Part shown: one piece after another, positions 21,338 through 32,416 of the stretch
Position numbering within the stretch: position 1 is the stretch's first letter
Layout of the letters: each line of letters starts with the position of its first letter
Source: Patescibacteria group bacterium
GTDB taxonomy: Bacteria > Patescibacteriota > JAQUNI01
Assembly (NCBI GenBank): GCA_028717685.1
Contig: JAQUNI010000001.1
Coordinates: forward strand, 399,451 to 463,450
Direction of reading: 5' to 3'
Length of the DNA: 64,000 nt
The notes under the pieces: model-generated
What the model was told of the DNA's origin: nothing
The model's database searches: none
The model's input: the letters and a program-made list of their open reading frames with translations, nothing else
Made by a program: the position numbers and the translations under genes

Positions 21338-21465
21338 AAAACAAGTTCAAAATTCAAAGTTCCCGCCTGCCATCACCTGCTGGCGAAGCCAATGGCGGGC
21401 AGGCAAAATTCAAAGTTACAATTTCATTTACAATCAACTTTAAACTTTGCACTTTGAACTCTTAA

Positions 21466-22509
21466 CTAAACCCCTTCCATCCCCCTTAAAGCTAAGCCTA
21501 TAGCCGTGGCATAGCCCAAAGAATCCTTACGGCTAACTTCCGGCAAATACTTGCTCTTGGGGGCTAAGATATTCACCCAAGGATCCCCTAAAACAACTTC
21601 CTTTTTTAAAATTATCTTGAGCTCTGGAACGAGGCCTTTCAATTTCGCGCCACCGCCGCAAAGAACCACCTTGCTTAAAATTTGCCCTTGGGGAAAATGA
21701 TCTTGGTAGAATCTCAATGCCGTTTCAATTTCTCGAGCTAAAGCCTCTAACCCCCCTTTTAAACTTTGATAAATCTTTGCCTCAATCCCGCTCTCTTTCG
21801 CGTTCAAACCATAAATTTTTTTCATCCCTTCGGCTTCGGTTATGCTGATTTTTAAATCCCGCATCAAGTTATTGGTAAAAGTTTCGCCCGCCGGCTCCAC
21901 GGAGGCTGTAAATTGGAGAGTCGCGCGGTCATAAATAATCAAACTGGTCCGGCTAATGCCAATATCCACAAGAAGATAACAAGCATTATCTCCTTCGCGA
22001 ACGAGACTGCGCGCGGTAGCCGCTGATTCCACCTCGCAAGCAATAGGAATGAGATCTGCTCTCCGTAAAACATTGATATAGCTGTCCACCAGTTTCTTGG
22101 GCGAAGCGGCGACTAAGACCTCTAAATGATCAGGGGATTCGCCCACTTTCTGCCAATCTAAATAAACCTCGCTGCCGGAAAGCGGAATGTGCTGTTCTGA
22201 TTCCCATTTGACCGCCTCCGCCAATTCCTCTTCGGGCAAACGAGGTAATTTAATAATCCGCACAAAAGATTCATATTCTGGCACACAAGCAACCACAAAC
22301 CGAGTTTTTATCCTGCCTTTACGCGCCTTTACCCTGCTCTCATTTATTGCCGCAACCAAAAGATCTTCCTTCACCACCCTGCCCTTAATAACCGTCCCTT
22401 CCTGCAAAAGGAATTCACAAAAATTAGAAAGTTCAATATTTTTTCCTTCTCTTTTTAGTTCAATCAATTTTAAACTTTGATCCGAGAGATCTAAACCAAA
22501 AGCATGCAT
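21466..22509 (-). CDS. pilM: Type IV pilus assembly protein PilM
   Basis: Actin-like motifs FGLDLSD, VDIGISRT, LCGGGAKL, AIGLALR. Confidence 0.92.
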   Translation of the reverse strand: MHAFGLDLSDQSLKLIELKREGKNIELSNFCEFLLQEGTVIKGRVVKEDLLVAAINESRVKARKGRIKTRFVVACVPEYESFVRIIKLPRLPEEELAEAVKWESEQHIPLSGSEVYLDWQKVGESPDHLEVLVAASPKKLVDSYINVLRRADLIPIACEVESAATARSLVREGDNACYLLVDIGISRTSLIIYDRATLQFTASVEPAGETFTNNLMRDLKISITEAEGMKKIYGLNAKESGIEAKIYQSLKGGLEALAREIETALRFYQDHFPQGQILSKVVLCGGGAKLKGLVPELKIILKKEVVLGDPWVNILAPKSKYLPEVSRKDSLGYATAIGLALRGMEGV

Positions 22510-22619
22510 TGAATAAATCTTAAATCTCAAAAGTCAAAAGGCAAAAGTATAGTAGAAATAGAAGACTTTTAACTTTTACCTTGCAGATTTACCTTTTGAG
22601 ATTTAACTTTTAACTTTTT

Positions 22620-23879
22620 TCAATATTCTTCCTCCCAATGTTCAATCGTGACCACGGGGGAATCGGTAGGCGGACCGAAAAGGCTTTTATTCAGAATCTC
22701 ATCATTATAAGTAATATTCATATCGCTCCAAAAGTTTAAAAAGTCAACCTCCCGACCAATAATTGAACCCGTAATATTCACCTCGCCCGTAAAGCTTAAA
22801 TTTTGGATGCGCACCCCATCCATAGCGTAAAGCACGCCTTCAATATTGACATCCCCGCTGAAAGGACGACCCAGAATTTCCACAGAACCCTTAGCGATAA
22901 ATCCCGAACCTTTGCCTGGAGTATTATTCACTTCCAAATGAATGGGTTCAGAACGAGCCCCTCCTGTGTCGCCGTAAATAATATTGCCATCCGCCACTAG
23001 AATACCATTCAACACCAAGGAATCGCCCCGCTTCAAACGCACATCACCCTCTACATAATTCACATCGCTATTTAAAACCAATGGATTATTATTGTCTAAA
23101 AGCGTGCGGAATTCATCTTCGGTATAAACCGCGCCCGCGCGGCTTTTGTAAGAATTGGGGTCGTCCGAGTCAAAATCAAGCATTGGCATTGCCACATGGT
23201 CGGGCGGCGCGGCACATGGAGAACACCCAACCACAGGACAATTCACCGCGCCACAGCCTTCCGTGGCATTAAGATTTGACCAGGAGTAAAGATGAATCTC
23301 ATCGGCAGTTAAAGCCTGTCCATCAATATTAGCCCCACTCCAAGCGAATAAATCTAAATCATCATTTGCAAACATATCCCCGCCCGTGATATTCACCACG
23401 CTCATATTAATATTGGTGTCCACATCGCTATAGGTTGCCATTCCCGCCAGAGGGCTCGGATTTACAGCCCGCACGACCTTTGTTTTGACAATTCTTTGTG
23501 CGGTAGCGCCGGTTAAAGTTAATTTTCCTATAGAGATAATATCCGCCCTTCCCGGATCTGTAGCCTCAATTTGCACCTCGTAGGCACCTCCGCTCGCTAA
23601 CCCGCTGTCGCGCGTCAAAGTGCGGCTGATATTTCCATCTTCAAATTCCTGCCGCCAATCAGAATCATTGCGCAGTTTATAGACCGCCTCATTAATACCG
23701 GCTTCGGCTAAATAATAGGTTTCAAAAGCCGAACCCTGGCTTAAAGAAATCCTTCTCTCCAAGGTAACAAGCGTAAAAAAGGTTGCGCCAACCAATAAAA
23801 GGACGCCTAAAATTAAAATAATCGTAATCAAAGCAAAGCCTGATCTGTATTGATTTTTTCTATAAAATCCTATTTCCAT
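22620..23879 (-). CDS. PilX-like minor pilin/assembly protein
   Basis: GFALITI leader; AEAGINEA motif. Confidence 0.8.
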   Translation of the reverse strand: MEIGFYRKNQYRSGFALITIILILGVLLLVGATFFTLVTLERRISLSQGSAFETYYLAEAGINEAVYKLRNDSDWRQEFEDGNISRTLTRDSGLASGGAYEVQIEATDPGRADIISIGKLTLTGATAQRIVKTKVVRAVNPSPLAGMATYSDVDTNINMSVVNITGGDMFANDDLDLFAWSGANIDGQALTADEIHLYSWSNLNATEGCGAVNCPVVGCSPCAAPPDHVAMPMLDFDSDDPNSYKSRAGAVYTEDEFRTLLDNNNPLVLNSDVNYVEGDVRLKRGDSLVLNGILVADGNIIYGDTGGARSEPIHLEVNNTPGKGSGFIAKGSVEILGRPFSGDVNIEGVLYAMDGVRIQNLSFTGEVNITGSIIGREVDFLNFWSDMNITYNDEILNKSLFGPPTDSPVVTIEHWEEEY

Positions 23880-23913
23880 TATACAATTTTAAAACTTAAA
23901 TAAAAAGATATCT

Positions 23914-24492
23914 TCATCTTAAATTGCGTCCGCAAACACCCGTTAAAAAATCCACCTTCTCTTCCAAAGAGAGAGCGGTAAGCATAATATGCACCAGCCT
24001 GTCTTCCCCCCAAAATATTAAATGATCAATGTATTCCGCTATAACCTCATCGGCATCTACCGCTTTTTCCGCGCTATGGCCAAATTCATCTACCGCGCTC
24101 CAGACCACCCACGAGTCCGGGTCAGCGGAAAAATAATAATGACTGCGCTCACGATGCAAACTGCCGTCCAGCACATAGTAACGAATATATTGTATAGGCT
24201 CCAGGGTATGACCGTCTTGGAACATAATCTCCGCCGGCGGGGGACTATCCGGGTCATCGGAAACAGGAGGCAGATCGGTCACCAATTCTTGAGATTGCCG
24301 CAAATCACGGGTGATGCGATCCAGGGCGACGCGACCGTTTTGGGCTAATTCCACCTTTTTGTTTTCTTTCTCCGTAAAGCGCAAAGCTAAATCATAAGAA
24401 GCATAGGCAAGTAAAACAACAACTAAACCTACACTGATAGCCACTAAGATTTCGGCTAGCGTAAAACCTTTTTGGGAATTTAAATTAACCAT
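23914..24492 (-). CDS. Minor pilin (PilW-like)
   Basis: KG|FTLAE prepilin site; RITRDLRQ. Confidence 0.85.
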   Translation of the reverse strand: MVNLNSQKGFTLAEILVAISVGLVVVLLAYASYDLALRFTEKENKKVELAQNGRVALDRITRDLRQSQELVTDLPPVSDDPDSPPPAEIMFQDGHTLEPIQYIRYYVLDGSLHRERSHYYFSADPDSWVVWSAVDEFGHSAEKAVDADEVIAEYIDHLIFWGEDRLVHIMLTALSLEEKVDFLTGVCGRNLR

Positions 24493-24642
24493 TTTACGAA
24501 TTTTCAATTTCTAATTTTCAATTTTTATTAAATTTCTAATGATTTAATTTTTAAACTTCCTTATTAAGAAATGAGTGTTTGAAAATTGATTCATTGAAAA
24601 TTTAATAGAAATTAGACATTGAAAATTAAAAATTAATACCTG

Positions 24643-25110
24643 CTAATATCTACTAACCAAAGTTACCCAACTTTTTTGTTTATCCTGGATTCCTTCCCGC
24701 CAATAAACCGTTACTTCTATTTTTTTCATCCCCTCATCTTCGGAGACCTCGTTTAAATCTCCGTCCACATGATGAATTTCGGTTTGGATTTCAAAATAAT
24801 GAAGCTGGCTTGTGGTATCTTCAACAGCCGAAGCGCGGGCCTCCACAACACCGGTTTCAAGCGCATTGTAAGGTTTGGCTATGTATTCCTCCATTTTCCC
24901 CTGGGCGAGGAAGGCGACCTGCGTGTCGTGGCGCGCGATTGTTGCTAACTTGGAACCCAGAGGTAAAAATTGCAAAACCGCTAAAAAAGCAATCAAAAAA
25001 ATAGCGAGAGCAACCACGGCTTCAATTAAGGTAAAGCCCTGTGCCATTATGGATTTACATCCGTGGCGTTCCAACGCGGGGGTAAAGGCGTAATTATGTT
25101 TATTGGACAT
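24643..25110 (-). CDS. Minor pilin (PilV-like)
   Basis: QG|FTLIE; AQGKME; KKIEVTVYW. Confidence 0.85.
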   Translation of the reverse strand: MSNKHNYAFTPALERHGCKSIMAQGFTLIEAVVALAIFLIAFLAVLQFLPLGSKLATIARHDTQVAFLAQGKMEEYIAKPYNALETGVVEARASAVEDTTSQLHYFEIQTEIHHVDGDLNEVSEDEGMKKIEVTVYWREGIQDKQKSWVTLVSRY

Positions 25111-25318
25111 AAATTATGCTAATTGTTCTAATTGACCTAATTGTTCTAAATAATGACCAAACCCCAATGTCTAATGTCTAAAATTTTGGTCATTTCACCA
25201 TTGGTCATTGGGATTTAGTTAGAAATTAGAAATTAGAACAATTAGAATAATTTTAATGGAATCTTGCCGCGCCCGCTCTGGAAGCTTCGCTTCAAGCGAG
25301 GCGGGTTGGCACTTTGGA

Positions 25319-25801
25319 TTAATAGTTGATAAAGCCCGCGGGACGCACATCAATGGTCTTCACTTCATCATAACGATTAGCAAGGTCAATCTGACCCGCG
25401 TCCACCACTCCGCCCGCCGTGGTGAACTGAATCTCTGGATTGCTTAAATCGCGCAATTCCCGAATCTCAATATCGGAATCCAGGGTTTCGGTTTGGATCG
25501 TCTCCGGCAAATAACCGCCAGGATTTTCAGGATCTGGATTTAAACGGATAATCTCATAATTCCTCTTGCCTACTAAATCAAACCACACTAAATAGGTTAT
25601 CTGCTCCGTAACTGTTTTCTGCTGCGCCAATCTTAAATTCTGGACAACTTTCTCGGTCTCGCGAGAGAGTTTGTAGGTCGGCGCGAATCTCCGAAAACTA
25701 AAAAGCGTAATCGCGGCTAGGATAGAAAAGATAGACAATACGATTAATAATTCTATTAAGGTAAATGCCTTATGGTTATAGTGACTGTAATATCTACCCA
25801 T
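25319..25801 (-). CDS. Minor pilin (FimT/GspH-like)
   Basis: KA|FTLIELL; LRLAQQ; IQFTTAG. Confidence 0.85.
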   Translation of the reverse strand: MGRYYSHYNHKAFTLIELLIVLSIFSILAAITLFSFRRFAPTYKLSRETEKVVQNLRLAQQKTVTEQITYLVWFDLVGKRNYEIIRLNPDPENPGGYLPETIQTETLDSDIEIRELRDLSNPEIQFTTAGGVVDAGQIDLANRYDEVKTIDVRPAGFINY

Positions 25802-25981
25802 TTTGAAATAAAGAGTTAAAAGTTCAAAGTGCAAAGTGAAAAGTTGAATTCAAAGTTTAAAGTTTCTTTTGCAAAGCGATTGCTTCGCAATAATTTTGCA
25901 CTTTGAACCGCCCACCCGCAACGCTTTGCTTGCATGGCGGGCGCGGCAACTTTGAATTTTGAACCTTGAATTTTGCACTAA

Positions 25982-27202
25982 TTATAAGACGCTCGTTAAC
26001 GAATAGATCGGCAAAATCACCGCTATAGCCATCGCGCCTACTGCCGCGCCTATAACAAGCATCAAAACCGGCTCAACAATCGTGGAAATATTCTTCATTG
26101 TTTGATCCACGTCTTCTTCATAAAACTCGGCTAATTTGACTAAAATTTCATCCAAGGCGCCCGTCTCCTCTCCCACTTCAATCACCTGGGTCACGATAGG
26201 CGGGAAGAGAAGCTTATTATGAGATAGAGCCTTGCTTAAAGCAGTCCCTTTCTGGACCTCCACAATGGAGGCCTTCACTGCTTTTTGATAATACACATTG
26301 CCTAGCGCATCTGACACTACATTTAAAGCCTCTAAAATCGGCAGCCCGGAAGCGAGCAGTGAAGCGAGGTTGCGAATAAAACGGGCAAGGTTAATCTTTT
26401 TAACGACTTTGCCGATAACCGGCAGAAAAAGATAAATTCGGTGAAAAATCAAACGCCCTGTACGGCTGCGTATCGCCTTGAAGGCGAGGAAGCCAAATAA
26501 TACAATGCCCCCTAAAATCCACCAGACATACGCGCCCATAAATTTGCTGGTCGCGATCAAGATCCGCGTCGGCAGGGGAAGACGGGCGTCAAATTCTTCA
26601 AAAATGGTAACTAATTTCGGTAAAACAAAGGTCATCATCAAAAAACCAATACCGCCCATCGCCACTAAGACTACGGCTGGATAAGTCATTGCGCCCGTTA
26701 CTTTCTTAACTAAATCACGATCTTTTTTTAGTTGCACGGCAAGCTGATTTAAAGCTTGGGTTAATGTGCCGGAAACCTCCCCGGTTTTAACCACATTCAC
26801 GTATAAATCAGGAAAAACCTTCGGATGCCTGGCGAGAGCATCACAAAAAGTTACGCCTGTTTCCACGCTTCTGTATAAATCTTGAATTACTCTTTTGAAC
26901 TTACGGTTGGCTGTCTGGCTCACTAAAATATGGAGCGCCTTGACAAGCGACAGTCCGGCTTTCAGCATCACTTCCAGATACTGCGTGAATAATACCTTAT
27001 CCATTAGGGAAATAAAACCGATTTGAGTTAAAATTTTCTGCAAAAAAAGAACTTTCCCTTTTTTTCCCTTCTCGTCAAAGTGGGTTAGCAAAAAACCTTG
27101 ACTATAAAGCCACTCCGCAAGTTTAGCTTCAGAATCCAAATCAATTTCGCCCTTTTTGACATTGCCCTCTTTATCGCGAGCCGAATAAATGTATAAAGGC
27201 AT
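25982..27202 (-). CDS. pilC: Type IV pilus platform protein PilC/GspF
   Basis: GEVSGTL, AMTYP, GEETGAL, VEPVLM. Confidence 0.95.
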   Translation of the reverse strand: MPLYIYSARDKEGNVKKGEIDLDSEAKLAEWLYSQGFLLTHFDEKGKKGKVLFLQKILTQIGFISLMDKVLFTQYLEVMLKAGLSLVKALHILVSQTANRKFKRVIQDLYRSVETGVTFCDALARHPKVFPDLYVNVVKTGEVSGTLTQALNQLAVQLKKDRDLVKKVTGAMTYPAVVLVAMGGIGFLMMTFVLPKLVTIFEEFDARLPLPTRILIATSKFMGAYVWWILGGIVLFGFLAFKAIRSRTGRLIFHRIYLFLPVIGKVVKKINLARFIRNLASLLASGLPILEALNVVSDALGNVYYQKAVKASIVEVQKGTALSKALSHNKLLFPPIVTQVIEVGEETGALDEILVKLAEFYEEDVDQTMKNISTIVEPVLMLVIGAAVGAMAIAVILPIYSLTSVL

Positions 27203-27345
27203 AATGGAGAATTTTCAATTTCTAATTTTTAATTTTTATTAAATTTATAATTAACTAATTTTTAAACTTGTGTCAATCAGGAGGTAAGGGTTTGAAAATT
27301 AACTCATTAAAAATTTAATAGAAATTAGAAATTGAAAATTAGAAA

Positions 27346-29079
27346 TTACTCTTTGGTTACCCTCAACACCTCTTCCAGGGTTGTCACGCCCATCTTGGCT
27401 TTGTAAAACCCGTCTTCAATCATCCTCGTCATTCCCTCACTGATGGCTTGCTTTTCAATTTCTTCCGTGGGCGCCCGCTTTGTCGCTAAACTCTGAATAG
27501 CCTCGCTGACTTCCAAAACCTCAAAAATTCCTAAACGTCCTTTATAACCAGTGTTATTGCATTGGGCGCAGCCCCGTCCACGGTAGAATAATAAAGAATC
27601 CGGGGTGATCTTGCTGGACACGATAGCCCCTTCGCGGACCATAATCTCTAAGATTTTCTTCAGATTCACCTCACTCTCCAAATTCTGCCAAGCCGCGCGA
27701 TCAAGATGGAAACTTTCAATACAATTACTGCAAATCTTGCGCACCAATCTCTGGGCGATGATCACATTTAAGGTGGAAGCAAGAAGAAACGGCTCAATCT
27801 TCATGTCAATCAGGCGGGGAATCGCCCCAGCGGCGTTGTTCGTATGCAAAGTGGACAATACCAAATGACCAGTGAGAGAAGAATGAATCGCCATTTCCGC
27901 GGTCTCGCTGTCACGAATCTCTCCCACCATAATAATATCTGGATCTTGCCGGAGGAGCGACCTTAGGCCATTGGCAAAAGTATAACCGATTTTGGGCGCC
28001 ACCTGGCTCTGATTAATGCGGGGCATATGGTATTCAATGGGATCTTCAATGGTGCAAATATTCACCTCGGGAGTATTGAGAATGTTTAGAATACTGTAAA
28101 GCGTGGTAGTTTTACCCGATCCCGTGGGACCCGTAGAAAGAATCATGCCGTGAGGCCGATTGATATTTAATTTGACAATCTTTAAAGCATTGAGACGCAA
28201 ACCCATTTCTTCCATAGTGAACGGCTTGGCGGATTCAAAAAGGAGACGCATTACAATCTTCTCTCCATTAAAAACAGGAATTACGGAAACACGGAAAGAA
28301 ATTTTATATTCCTCATTTTCAATCTTAAACCGCCCATCTTGAGGCAGGCGATGTTCATCAATTTTGAGGTCAGAAAGCACTTTAATCCGCGCCACCACCC
28401 CTGCCAAGATCTTTTTGGGCAGACTCATCACATCCCTTAAAACCCCATCCACCCTATAGCGCACCACAATTTCTCCCTCTAAAGGTTCAATGTGAATATC
28501 AGAAGCGTTCTCGTAGATGGCATATTCCAAAAGCGTGTCCACGATTTTGACTACGGGCAGCTCTTTGGCCATTTTTCTTAAATCCTCGGCGTCTTCTGGC
28601 TCCCGAATGCCTTGTTTGTCAATAATTTCGGAGAATTCTGTTTTCAGGCTCTTGCGATACTGCTTTAAAACTTCACTGATACTGGTAGGTGTCGTCAGAA
28701 AAACCTCAATCTTCATTCCTGTCTTCTTCTCCATAAATTCAATGGTTTGCAAATCCGTGGGGTCTACCATCGCCAGTTTTAATTTCTCTTTGTCTTTCTC
28801 AAAAGCCACTACCTGATAGTTGCGCGCGATCGGCTCGGGAATGGAAAGAAGAACCTCCTTGGGAATTTTTTTCTTCTCAAGATTAACATAAGGAACCTTG
28901 GATGTTTCCGCATAATGTTCTGCTAATACCTCTTCGCTAACCATTCCTTGTTTAACCAGTTCGGCGGCTAAAGTCACCTTATCCTGCTTTGCTTGAAGGC
29001 TGGCCGCGCGAATTTTCTCCGCCGTCACTAAATTATTCTCGGTTAAAATTTTAATCAGTTCTTCGTCTTTGAAAAACAT
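27346..29079 (-). CDS. pilB: Type IV pilus assembly ATPase PilB/GspE
   Basis: GPTGSGKTT, TIEDPIE, LRQDPD, STLHTN, tetracysteine motif. Confidence 0.96.
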   Translation of the reverse strand: MFFKDEELIKILTENNLVTAEKIRAASLQAKQDKVTLAAELVKQGMVSEEVLAEHYAETSKVPYVNLEKKKIPKEVLLSIPEPIARNYQVVAFEKDKEKLKLAMVDPTDLQTIEFMEKKTGMKIEVFLTTPTSISEVLKQYRKSLKTEFSEIIDKQGIREPEDAEDLRKMAKELPVVKIVDTLLEYAIYENASDIHIEPLEGEIVVRYRVDGVLRDVMSLPKKILAGVVARIKVLSDLKIDEHRLPQDGRFKIENEEYKISFRVSVIPVFNGEKIVMRLLFESAKPFTMEEMGLRLNALKIVKLNINRPHGMILSTGPTGSGKTTTLYSILNILNTPEVNICTIEDPIEYHMPRINQSQVAPKIGYTFANGLRSLLRQDPDIIMVGEIRDSETAEMAIHSSLTGHLVLSTLHTNNAAGAIPRLIDMKIEPFLLASTLNVIIAQRLVRKICSNCIESFHLDRAAWQNLESEVNLKKILEIMVREGAIVSSKITPDSLLFYRGRGCAQCNNTGYKGRLGIFEVLEVSEAIQSLATKRAPTEEIEKQAISEGMTRMIEDGFYKAKMGVTTLEEVLRVTKE

Positions 29080-29174
29080 TGAAATAGAGTCAAAGCGCAA
29101 AAGTCAAAGGTTAAAAGTAATATAAAAGACTTTTAACTTTTGAGTCGCAGTTTTACCTTTTGCCTTTTAACTTT

Positions 29175-30755
29175 TTATTTTCGATGATTCCGAAAAATCA
29201 GGCTTTCTTCCGTCATCTCTTGAGGCTTTTTAAAACCCAAATAGTCCAAAATTGTCGGCGCAATGTTAGCTAGTTTCCCTCTCTTTTTAAGCCTCATCTT
29301 CTTGCCTCTGCCAAAATCAGCCAAAATCAAAGGCACGGGGTTGGAGGTGTGAGTTGTTAAAATACTGCCTGTTTTGAGATTAATCATTTCTTCCACATTG
29401 CCATGATCGGCGGTAATCAGCATTGTGCCTTTCATTTTTTTCACTATGCTTGCCAGCCTCAACAATTCCCGGTCCAGAAACTCCAAAGCGAAGATCGCCG
29501 CTTTCAGATTTCCTGTGTGCCCTAACATATCAGGGTTCGCATAGTTTAAGACCACGAAATTCGCGAGCATACCCTTTAAAGACGCGAGCACCTTATCCGT
29601 TACCTCTCGGGCTTTCATTTCCGGCTGCTCTACGTAACTTTTTACCCGCAAGGAGGGGATCCTCACTCGCTCTTCCCGATCCACGGGCTTGGAAAAGCCT
29701 CCATTCAAAAAATAAGTGACATGGGGAAACTTTTCAGATTCGGCAATATAAAGCTGATGATAGTCTGAATTCTGGCCCACCACATTCGGCAGAGTTTTAT
29801 AAAACAGTCTCCCGGGGTAGGCAATTAAAGCGTCGTCTAAACCCGGGCCGAATTCCGTCATCGTCACAAAACATAAGCCCTTCAAGACCTTTTTGCGCTT
29901 AAATCCTCTGAAACCTTCCTTAATAAACGCCTCGGTAATCTGTTTAGCGCGGTCTGTTCTTAAATTAAAAAATATGACACCGTCATCGTCCTCAATTAAA
30001 ACAGGCGGCGAGTCTGTAACCACAGTAGGGGGTATAAACTCATCCGTGATTCCTTGAGTGTAATAGTTTTGCACCATCTGCAAAACATTGCTTGTTTTTT
30101 CTCCAATACCCAGGGTTAAATTGTCATAAACCATCTCCACTCTTTCCCAATCGCGAATGCGATCCATCGCATAATAACGACCGGCAATACTGACAATTTT
30201 GCCTATTCCCATCCTTATCATCCGCGCCTCTAAATTCCTTAGGTATTCCAGAGCGGAGATAGGGGGCGCATCGCGTCCGTCCGTAAATAAATGAAGATAA
30301 ACCTGGCGCAAACCTTCTTTTTTTACCAAGTCCAGAAAAGCATAAAGATGGCGCTGGTCCGCGTGGGCGCTCTGCGCTCCCGTCAAAAGACCAAATAAAT
30401 GCAACCGGCTATTCTTGGCTTTAACATAACGAATGGCTTGGAGGAAAGCTGGGTTTTTAAAAAAAGTGCCGTTCGCGATAGAATCATTGACGACCACTGA
30501 ATCTTGCTTCACGATCCGCCCCGCACCTATATTCGTATGCCCCGCTTCAGAATTGCCAACCTGCCCCTTGGGAAGACCCACGGCGAGACCAGAGGCGCTA
30601 AGAATAGCGCGCGGATACACGGCCCACAAATGATTGAAGTAAGGAATCCGGGCTTGCCGCACAGCATTGCCTTTTTGGTTCCGAGATAAACCCCAACCAT
30701 CTAAAATCACTAAAACAAATGGCCGCAGAGCAGGAGACATTTTATCCTTACCCAT
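29175..30755 (-). CDS. gpmI: 2,3-bisphosphoglycerate-independent phosphoglycerate mutase
   Basis: ILDGWG, GNSEAGH, TDGRD, GRYYAMDR, PDMLGHTG, ADHGN. Confidence 0.97.
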   Translation of the reverse strand: MGKDKMSPALRPFVLVILDGWGLSRNQKGNAVRQARIPYFNHLWAVYPRAILSASGLAVGLPKGQVGNSEAGHTNIGAGRIVKQDSVVVNDSIANGTFFKNPAFLQAIRYVKAKNSRLHLFGLLTGAQSAHADQRHLYAFLDLVKKEGLRQVYLHLFTDGRDAPPISALEYLRNLEARMIRMGIGKIVSIAGRYYAMDRIRDWERVEMVYDNLTLGIGEKTSNVLQMVQNYYTQGITDEFIPPTVVTDSPPVLIEDDDGVIFFNLRTDRAKQITEAFIKEGFRGFKRKKVLKGLCFVTMTEFGPGLDDALIAYPGRLFYKTLPNVVGQNSDYHQLYIAESEKFPHVTYFLNGGFSKPVDREERVRIPSLRVKSYVEQPEMKAREVTDKVLASLKGMLANFVVLNYANPDMLGHTGNLKAAIFALEFLDRELLRLASIVKKMKGTMLITADHGNVEEMINLKTGSILTTHTSNPVPLILADFGRGKKMRLKKRGKLANIAPTILDYLGFKKPQEMTEESLIFRNHRK

Positions 30756-30877
30756 AAAATATTTTCCTTAGCATATTAGGTCATTTAAATTATATCACAA
30801 ATTTCCTTGTTTTCAAAAATTAAAATGTGTTATAATAAAAAAAGATTGCGGTTGTCCATTAAATTCTAAAAAAATAA

Positions 30878-32284
30878 ATGCACAAAAATCAAAAAGGGGA
30901 AACCTCTTTCGCAATTTATTTGATTAACGGAGCAGTCGCTTCCTTAATTGCCGTGGTCGCTTATTTTAACGGACCGGATCTGCCTGTAATCGTAGGCTAT
31001 TTTGTTCTTATCGCTCTGACTAGCCTTTTCTACAACTATAAAGTATGCCTTACGACTGCCGCCTGCAGCATGTTAAGTTACGGTTTGATTATCGGCTATT
31101 TTATTCAAAAACAAATCATTCCTTTTTCAATCTCTGAACTCTTGATCCAACTCACCTATTTTTTGTCGGTCACGGCGATTGTTTCCTGGTTAGTCTTTAA
31201 ACTGCAAAGAGCCATGCCCAGCAGCGCCCCTTCATTTGAGGCGCAGGACAAAACGCGCACTCTCCTTAATAGCCTCCCTGACGGCGCTATTCTCTTAAAT
31301 CACAAAAAGCAAATTATTTTAGTCAACCATCAGGCAGAAAAAATCTTAGGGATTAAAGAAAATAAGATATTAAGCACTAAAAACATTGGGAGCTTTACCC
31401 ATCCCTCTTACCAGAATCTTTATAAAATATTAACCCTAGGCAAGGAATCAGGTTCTTTTTCGCAGGAGGAAATAACCCTGGAGAAGCCGCGCAAAATGGT
31501 TTTACAAGTTATGACCGCGCCTATTGAGCAAGACAAAAAACAACTCGGGTTACTAAAAATGATTCGCGATATTACCCATGAGAAAGAGGTGGATACAATG
31601 AAATCAGAATTAATCTCCATTGTTTCTCACCAATTGCGCACCCCCCTCTCCGCCGTAAAATGGGGGATTAAAATGCTGCTGGACGGAGACGCGGGAGAGG
31701 TAAGCAAAGAGCAAAAAGATATTCTCGCCAAAGGATATCGCTCCAATGAACGGATGATTCATCTCGTGAACGACCTCTTAAATATATCCCGCATTGAAGA
31801 AGGGCGATTTCAATATAAATTCGCCGCGAGCTCTATTGAAAATCTGGTAGATACCACAATCAAAGAATTTTCGTATTTTTTAGAAGAGAAACAAATTTCC
31901 CTAAAATGCCAAAAGGGTGAAAAACCCGCGCCTCCTGTCTGGATGGATCTAACGAAGATCCATGTAGTTTTGCAGAATCTACTAAGCAACGCCATCAATT
32001 ATACTCCTAATGGAGGAGAAATCATAATTAATCTCAAGGTGCAAGATCCATTCATTGAGGTCAGTATCAAGGATAATGGCATGGGCATCCCAGAAGACCA
32101 AAAATCATCTCTTTTCCAAAGATTCTTTCGCGCCGACAACGCGATCCGGACGCAAACAGAAGGTTCCGGACTAGGGCTCTTTATTGCCCGAAACATCATT
32201 GAAAACCATAAAGGCCGCATCTGGGCGGAAAGTGAAGAAAATAAAGGTTCAACTTTTTATTTCACCCTTCCTATCACAAAATAA
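30878..32284 (+). CDS. Membrane sensor histidine kinase (TM-PAS-HisKA-HATPase)
   Basis: SHQLRTPL, NAINY, DNGMGI, GSGLGL. Confidence 0.95.
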   Translation: MHKNQKGETSFAIYLINGAVASLIAVVAYFNGPDLPVIVGYFVLIALTSLFYNYKVCLTTAACSMLSYGLIIGYFIQKQIIPFSISELLIQLTYFLSVTAIVSWLVFKLQRAMPSSAPSFEAQDKTRTLLNSLPDGAILLNHKKQIILVNHQAEKILGIKENKILSTKNIGSFTHPSYQNLYKILTLGKESGSFSQEEITLEKPRKMVLQVMTAPIEQDKKQLGLLKMIRDITHEKEVDTMKSELISIVSHQLRTPLSAVKWGIKMLLDGDAGEVSKEQKDILAKGYRSNERMIHLVNDLLNISRIEEGRFQYKFAASSIENLVDTTIKEFSYFLEEKQISLKCQKGEKPAPPVWMDLTKIHVVLQNLLSNAINYTPNGGEIIINLKVQDPFIEVSIKDNGMGIPEDQKSSLFQRFFRADNAIRTQTEGSGLGLFIARNIIENHKGRIWAESEENKGSTFYFTLPITK

Positions 32285-32416
32285 TTCCATGATTTTTGCA
32301 GTAGGGATAGGTTTTGAACCTGCCTGACGGTAGGCAGGCCTGCCTCTACAATCAGATATATATTTATTATTTACCCCATTAGAAATAAATTTCTAACGGG
32401 GTCTAAAGAACAAAAT

